Positions 30,251 to 35,279 of a stretch of 35,279 nucleotides of DNA are shown here, in pieces. This DNA comes from Trichomonas gallinae (lineage: Eukaryota), in NCBI GenBank assembly GCA_008369845.1, contig MRSU01000287.1, positions 1 to 35,279 of the forward strand, given 5' to 3'. A program made the translations under genes and the position numbers. Numbering within the stretch: position 1 is the stretch's first letter; each line of letters opens with the position of its first letter. The notes below the pieces were generated by a model. The model searched no databases. It was not told where the DNA came from and saw only the letters and a list, made by a program, of their open reading frames with translations.

Positions 30251-30306
30251 AACCGTTTCCTATTCAAAATTTTTCAGACAAACCTCCCCAACCGTTTTGG
30301 ATCAAT
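30251..30306 (+). promoter_or_regulatory. myb1 core promoter: two M3-like AACCGTTT, AAAATTTT, Inr-like TCAAT
   Basis: AACCGTTT at 30251 and 30290, AAAATTTT at 30266, TCA at 30302; ATG at 30310. Confidence 0.5.
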
Positions 30307-30309
30307 CGC

Positions 30310-30933
30310 ATGATGTTTGACGGCCTTTCCGAATCTGGATTTGCCGCGGCCATCGGTGCTGGCGCCTTGTTACAAGCTGATGGGGCCGCCAAGAAGAAGA
30401 ACGTTGGAATCAAAGTTAAGTTCACAGAAGAAGAGGATTTAAAGCTTCAACAATTAGTAATGAGATACGGAGCTAAAGACTGGATTCGCATCAGCCAAAT
30501 GATGGGAACCAGGAATCCTCGTCAGTGCCGTGAGCGCTGGAACAACTACATCAACCCTGCACTTCGGACAGATCCTTGGTCTCCCGAAGAAGATATACTT
30601 CTTGATCAGAAGTATGCAGAGTACGGTCCAAAGTGGAATAAGATTTCCAAGTTCTTCAAGAATCGTTCTGACAACAATATTAGAAATCGTTGGATGATGA
30701 TCGCTCGCCATCGCGCGAAAAATCAGAAATCTCCGATTTCCCCACCACCTGCACCACAGAGAGTTGAATATACAACCCCTGTTGTTATGCCAGTCGTGAA
30801 GGAGATCAGAGTGGCCGAAACGCGACCACTCGAGAATCCCTTCGAGCCATTGGCAACACCGACATCATTCGACTCTTATATCGAGACTGATTATAATCAG
30901 TTCGATCTCTGGAACGATTTTCCATTCTTCTAA
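30310..30933 (+). CDS. myb1: R2R3 Myb transcription factor, TvMyb1 orthologue
   Basis: KVKFTEEEDLKLQQLVMRYGAKDW...RNPRQCRERWNNYINP...WSPEED...YGPKWNKISKF.KNRSDNNIRNRW. Starting at MMFDG places K35 and Y105-G-P at the TvMyb1 numbering as I recall it. Confidence 0.92.
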   Translation: MMFDGLSESGFAAAIGAGALLQADGAAKKKNVGIKVKFTEEEDLKLQQLVMRYGAKDWIRISQMMGTRNPRQCRERWNNYINPALRTDPWSPEEDILLDQKYAEYGPKWNKISKFFKNRSDNNIRNRWMMIARHRAKNQKSPISPPPAPQRVEYTTPVVMPVVKEIRVAETRPLENPFEPLATPTSFDSYIETDYNQFDLWNDFPFF

Positions 30934-31528
30934 ACCAGTAAGTTTATGTTTTTTCAAAAGTTCACTTATTTTTCCAACCATCAACTATCTCATATTTAGA
31001 CTTATTTTTGCTTTTCGGATCATAAAAATGTAGATTTGACATGTAAAGTCAGAAATTGGTCAAATAAACAACAACAAAAATGATAACAATCGAAAAAACG
31101 CATAATCACATCATTATATTCATGGATTTTTAGAAGAAATCTCATTTTTAGTTCTATTTTTGTTCGATATTCAATTGAAAAATAGAATTTGCAGGCAAAC
31201 AATGTCATTATATTTACGCTATTCGATATGCTATTGGCCAAAGATGTAGTGCAGAAATCCGGCGAGTATTAAGTACAACGATATTTAGATATGGTATTGT
31301 TCTAACCCTTAAGGTATCTAAGAGGTTCATAAAGGAGTTTTGGAGTTGAATTTCTCAAATAACTCTTCGTTCTGATGATTAGTTTTACAAATAATTCTCA
31401 ATTAAAGTCTCATAACTTATCATAAATTTTAGATTTGGCACTAGTTATTGTTTTATCGTAGTAGAGGCTTTCATTGTAAAGATATTTCGAAATAAAAAAT
31501 TTTATATACAAACAAAAGGAGACAATCG

Positions 31529-32455
31529 TTATATTGTCTTATAGAGCGTATTAATTCTTGTGATCGGTGTGGATCGAGACAGAAGTGATATTCTTGTTGG
31601 CGGCGGAGCGATTTCACGGCGTTTTTGGATTGCTTGAATCGATCTGGTCTGTATTTCGCGCGTCTTGATGACAGAAGGCATCAGCGCCGATTTATCTTTT
31701 TCGAATTTATCATTTAACGCGCTCATTTGATTTACTTGCTTCTGTAGTAGTTTATTTCGCTCAATACTAACGAAATTATCCCAATTTTCGCGATGCTGCT
31801 GATCTTCTTCTTCCTGAATTTTCTTCGCTAATTTATTCAAAGCCTCAGCCTCAATAAAACGCTTAGATGACACTAATGATTTCTCTCTGAATTTCAGATT
31901 TAAATAATATTGTGAATATTTTGCAAATTTCGGTAACATCTTATCATATGTGTGATTTTGATCAAACTGCTCAAGTTCTTGTTTATGCTTTGCATCGAGA
32001 GCCTCTAAAGCGTCTGCTCTTCGTTTTTCGAATGTTGTTAATATATTTTCAGTTTTTTGATTCGTTTCGTTGAATTCGTCAGTAGCTGTATTGAGTCTAT
32101 CAATCAAATCATCATCTTTCATTTCTCTTGTCATGATAAAATGCTCTTTTTTCAATTTTGCCTGGATTTGTCTATAGACATCCTCACATCTTTGCGCTAT
32201 TTTGTATTCTCCATGTTTTATCGAATCCTGTTGAATGTTTTTGATCGCTTTTACTGCTCTGTTTAATTCGTTTAATGAAAATTTACCTAAATCTTCTCCT
32301 TCAAGCATCCTTTGCGCCATATCCATAGTGTCACTGTTGACTCTGAATGGCTTTGGCACAGGCGACATAGGAACTGATATCCTAGAAGCAGGACATGTCC
32401 TATACATCGATTTTAGCACGCCCGTGATGTATTTTATAATAAAAACTTGAGACAT
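31529..32455 (-). CDS. Hypothetical coiled-coil protein (alternative start 32407)
   Basis: 308-aa ORF with heptads; GEYKIAQRCED and KYSQYYLNLKFREKSLVSSKRFIEAEAL resemble a protist coiled-coil family. TCAC Inr lies ~20 nt before the 32407 ATG. Confidence 0.75.
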   Translation of the reverse strand: MSQVFIIKYITGVLKSMYRTCPASRISVPMSPVPKPFRVNSDTMDMAQRMLEGEDLGKFSLNELNRAVKAIKNIQQDSIKHGEYKIAQRCEDVYRQIQAKLKKEHFIMTREMKDDDLIDRLNTATDEFNETNQKTENILTTFEKRRADALEALDAKHKQELEQFDQNHTYDKMLPKFAKYSQYYLNLKFREKSLVSSKRFIEAEALNKLAKKIQEEEDQQHRENWDNFVSIERNKLLQKQVNQMSALNDKFEKDKSALMPSVIKTREIQTRSIQAIQKRREIAPPPTRISLLSRSTPITRINTLYKTI

Positions 32456-32594
32456 TACTCATAATTGGATATACATATGATTGATGAATTCTTTATTATT
32501 ATGAAAAACATAGGTTTTGCTTCAAAAATAGACGTATATAATGCATTGTTTCTGTATATAATCATGAAAAAATTACAATATTATAAATTTTTAA

Positions 32595-35279
32595 TCACTC
32601 AAACAATGAATTCAACTGTGCTAAGCAGCCCTCGGGCTTGTCGCTCTTAATAATAGTCTGGATTGCGTAAATTATCTGCTTCGCGTTATGATATTTCTCT
32701 CTCCATCTTGCTTCGCGCGATATATGTCTCTTTGCCTTCTCGAGAAGTGCAACGAGGTCTTCGTCATCGAATTCCTCGTTTTCCGGGACACCCAGTGGTG
32801 CGGCGAGATTCGAGATAATTGATGATTTGATGCCAGAATTCGACTTTTTAATCTGAGAGATTTGAGTGTCAGCTGCTTGAATCTTTGCGACAATTTTATC
32901 AATGGCTGACTTGAATACAGCAAACTTCTTTTCTACTTCAGAGACAACTTTCTTCTCGCGCTCCTTGAATTCCTTTATTAATACCTTAGCTTTGTTGTTG
33001 CTTTCGTTCTCGATTTTAGCTTTTTCTGCTTCAACAAACTTCAGCTGCTCAACTGCGCGAATATTCTGCAATCTCGCTGTTTCTACAAGCTTCACCTTTT
33101 CTTTCTCGCTCTCATCAAGTTTCTTCTTCATTTCTTCGAGTTCGGCGCGGATTGATTCATCTTCTTCGTTATTGATTTGGGATTTAATCGTCTCATTTTC
33201 TTTCTTCAATTCATCGATGAAGTTCTTCGAGTCTTCTAACTGAGCTTTGATGTTATTGAGATCTTCAATATCTTTTTCTTGCTTCTTGTTGATGGATTTG
33301 AGCTCGGCAACTTGCTCAGAAAGACTCGATTTCTCTGATTTAAGAGACTCAATTTCTTCATTGAGTTCTTCGATAAACTTCTCGTTGTCGTTGTTGTTGC
33401 TGACAGCCATGTCGAGGTCCTTCTTCATGTCTTCGTAATTCTTCTCGCAGTCTTTCTTTTCTTTCTTGAGCTCTACAATTTCTCTCCTGAGTTCATCAAG
33501 AAGCTGATCTACAGATTCATCTAATTTCTGTGATTCGAGCTCTTCTTCGAGCTTCTTCACTTTCAAATGCAACTCCTGTATTTCTTTGTTGTTCTCTTCG
33601 ACAAGTTTTCTAGTATTATCCTGCAATTCCTCTTTCTCGCTTTCGAGCTTGGAAACCTTCTGATTCAGCTCATCTATGTTCTTTGCTTTCTCTTCGATTT
33701 CTTTGCTGAGGTTTTCGTTTTCTTCCTTGAGAGATTTGTTGACAATGTCGCTGGTGCTCTTTTCAGAAGCCAACTCTTCATTCTTGCTCTCCAATTCATC
33801 TTTCTCTCTTTGGATGTCGTTGATTGTGTTTTCTAACTCAGCAATCTTAGCATTGAGTTTTTCGACATTTTCAGAATTCTCGCTTTCGATTTCTTCCATT
33901 TTCTCTGCCATTTCCTTGATTTCGTTCTCAAGAGACTCTCTGAGCTCTTCAGTCATTTCACTTTTCTGATGATCCTCGATTTCTTGATTGAGCTTCTCAT
34001 TGTTATTCTTTAATTCTTCGATTTCTTCTTTGAGTTCACTGATTTCATCATCTTTGACCTTGATTGCATCATTCTTGTCAGCAATTTGTTCTCTGAGCTC
34101 TTCTAGAGTCTGATTGAGCTCAATGACTATCTTCTGGCCGTCATTCTCCTTATCAGCAGACAATTTCTTCATCATCTCGATCTGATCATTCAGCTCTTTG
34201 ACTTTATTATCTTTCTCTTCGATTTCCTTTGAAAGATTTTGGACTTTCTGCTCTGAATCATTCAGCTGAGAAGTGATTTCTTTGTTTTCTGCCTTAAGAC
34301 TCTCGAGGTCATGAAGGATGTTGTCCTTTCCAGCAATGAGAGAAGAGATTTCTGTGATTTGTTGTTCATTCTGTTTCTTCACGCTATCTACTTCGTGCTG
34401 CAAGTTGTCTTTCTCGACGTTTGAGTTATACATCTCCTTTGTGAACTTATTGTTAAGCTCCTTGATCTGATCTTCGTATGAGTCGATTTCATTTACGAGC
34501 TCATCCATCTTCAGTTTCTGTTCGTTGATCTGCTGCTCTTTGTCCAACAATTGAACGTTGAGGTCCTCTATCTGCTTGTTGTTTGTTTCTGCAGCAGACT
34601 GGTCGTTCATTTTCATTTCGTCGAGCTCGACTGAGAGTTTATCTTTCTCTTGCATAATGGCTGAAAGCTGCTTCTCGTGCTGGTTATTAAGCTCTGCGAT
34701 CTTGTTTTCGTTGTCATTCACTACTTCTTCCATCTCTGCTTCAAGTTCCTGGATCTTTTCATTCAAGATTGCTTTCTCTTGTTCAATTTCTTCTTTGTCT
34801 TTCTTCAGCTGACTTGTTTCTTTGTCAAAGTTTTCATTCTCAGTTATCAATGCTTCATTTTCTTTATGTGCCAAGTTCACTTCATTTTCTAACTCGTTAA
34901 TCCTTGTGTTGAGGCCGTCCTTTTCCTGTGTGATTGACAATATTTCGTCATTAAGGCGGCTGATTTCTGAAATATATTCTTCGCACTTGTTTTGAAGATC
35001 AGAGATTTTCTCATTTAACTCGCAGACGACCTTCTGGCCACCTTCTTCGTTGTCCTGCATTGCACGCTTCATGACATCGATTTCTTCAGATAGATTGGCT
35101 GATTTGGTTCTAAGATTTTCGTTCTCTTCTTCGAGTTTTGCAATTTGGTTCTCATTGTCAGTCAATGAACGAGACCTTTCCTCACTGATTTTAATGCTCA
35201 CATCAACTGTTTCGTGTAATTTAGAAATCTCACTTTTGAGTTGTTCAATTTGTTTCTCGTAGTTAAGATTTTCATTCTT
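32595..35279 (-). CDS. Long acidic coiled-coil protein, 5'-truncated by the window edge
   Basis: Frame stays open from 35279 (KNENLNYEKQIEQ...) to the stop at 32595. E/K/N/L-rich heptads throughout, of the type often auto-annotated 'viral A-type inclusion protein' in trichomonads. Confidence 0.88.
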   Translation of the reverse strand, partial: KNENLNYEKQIEQLKSEISKLHETVDVSIKISEERSRSLTDNENQIAKLEEENENLRTKSANLSEEIDVMKRAMQDNEEGGQKVVCELNEKISDLQNKCEEYISEISRLNDEILSITQEKDGLNTRINELENEVNLAHKENEALITENENFDKETSQLKKDKEEIEQEKAILNEKIQELEAEMEEVVNDNENKIAELNNQHEKQLSAIMQEKDKLSVELDEMKMNDQSAAETNNKQIEDLNVQLLDKEQQINEQKLKMDELVNEIDSYEDQIKELNNKFTKEMYNSNVEKDNLQHEVDSVKKQNEQQITEISSLIAGKDNILHDLESLKAENKEITSQLNDSEQKVQNLSKEIEEKDNKVKELNDQIEMMKKLSADKENDGQKIVIELNQTLEELREQIADKNDAIKVKDDEISELKEEIEELKNNNEKLNQEIEDHQKSEMTEELRESLENEIKEMAEKMEEIESENSENVEKLNAKIAELENTINDIQREKDELESKNEELASEKSTSDIVNKSLKEENENLSKEIEEKAKNIDELNQKVSKLESEKEELQDNTRKLVEENNKEIQELHLKVKKLEEELESQKLDESVDQLLDELRREIVELKKEKKDCEKNYEDMKKDLDMAVSNNNDNEKFIEELNEEIESLKSEKSSLSEQVAELKSINKKQEKDIEDLNNIKAQLEDSKNFIDELKKENETIKSQINNEEDESIRAELEEMKKKLDESEKEKVKLVETARLQNIRAVEQLKFVEAEKAKIENESNNKAKVLIKEFKEREKKVVSEVEKKFAVFKSAIDKIVAKIQAADTQISQIKKSNSGIKSSIISNLAAPLGVPENEEFDDEDLVALLEKAKRHISREARWREKYHNAKQIIYAIQTIIKSDKPEGCLAQLNSLFE

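Noticed and set aside
30214..30309. N-terminal extensions in the ORF track (myb1, BTB, 21866, 27050, 17368)
   Set aside because: They run through promoter-like DNA; downstream ATGs fit Inr position or homology better.
30938..30945. GTAAGT 5' splice-site-like sequence after the myb1 stop
   Set aside because: No trichomonad fused branch/3' site (ACTAAC...CAG) seen downstream.
32595..35279. Viral origin of the A-type-inclusion-like protein
   Set aside because: The resemblance is only coiled-coil composition; no Maverick/Polinton or other viral hallmark genes are in the window.

Overview
Gene-dense, AT-rich eukaryotic DNA with no introns seen, most consistent with a trichomonad parabasalid (Trichomonas vaginalis or a close relative). 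Support: an R2R3 Myb nearly identical to TvMyb1, a trichomonad-type transmembrane adenylyl cyclase, trichomonad ankyrin families, and Inr/M2/M3-like promoter motifs. Intact genes: dUTPase with an N-terminal extension, TMEM181/Wntless-like membrane protein, RNase P/MRP subunit Rpp30, TM-PAS class III cyclase, neurofibromin-like RasGAP, a large helical hypothetical, BTB protein, PC4/Sub1, a short Cep135/Bld10, a type I membrane glycoprotein, Myb1 and two coiled-coil proteins. Two ankyrin pseudogenes are also present. Most notable signals: (1) an intergenic motif TGACATGTAAA, present as five exact copies and as ~20-bp phased arrays upstream of genes; (2) a candidate ~100-nt structured ncRNA at 28589-28686 behind two copies of that motif, next to a TGAATTCACA repeat cluster, inside a 3.3-kb gene-free gap upstream of Myb1; (3) a cyclase lacking both metal-binding aspartates but keeping the C2-type residues, i.e. 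a probable half-enzyme. All family assignments come from motif recognition by eye, not database searches.
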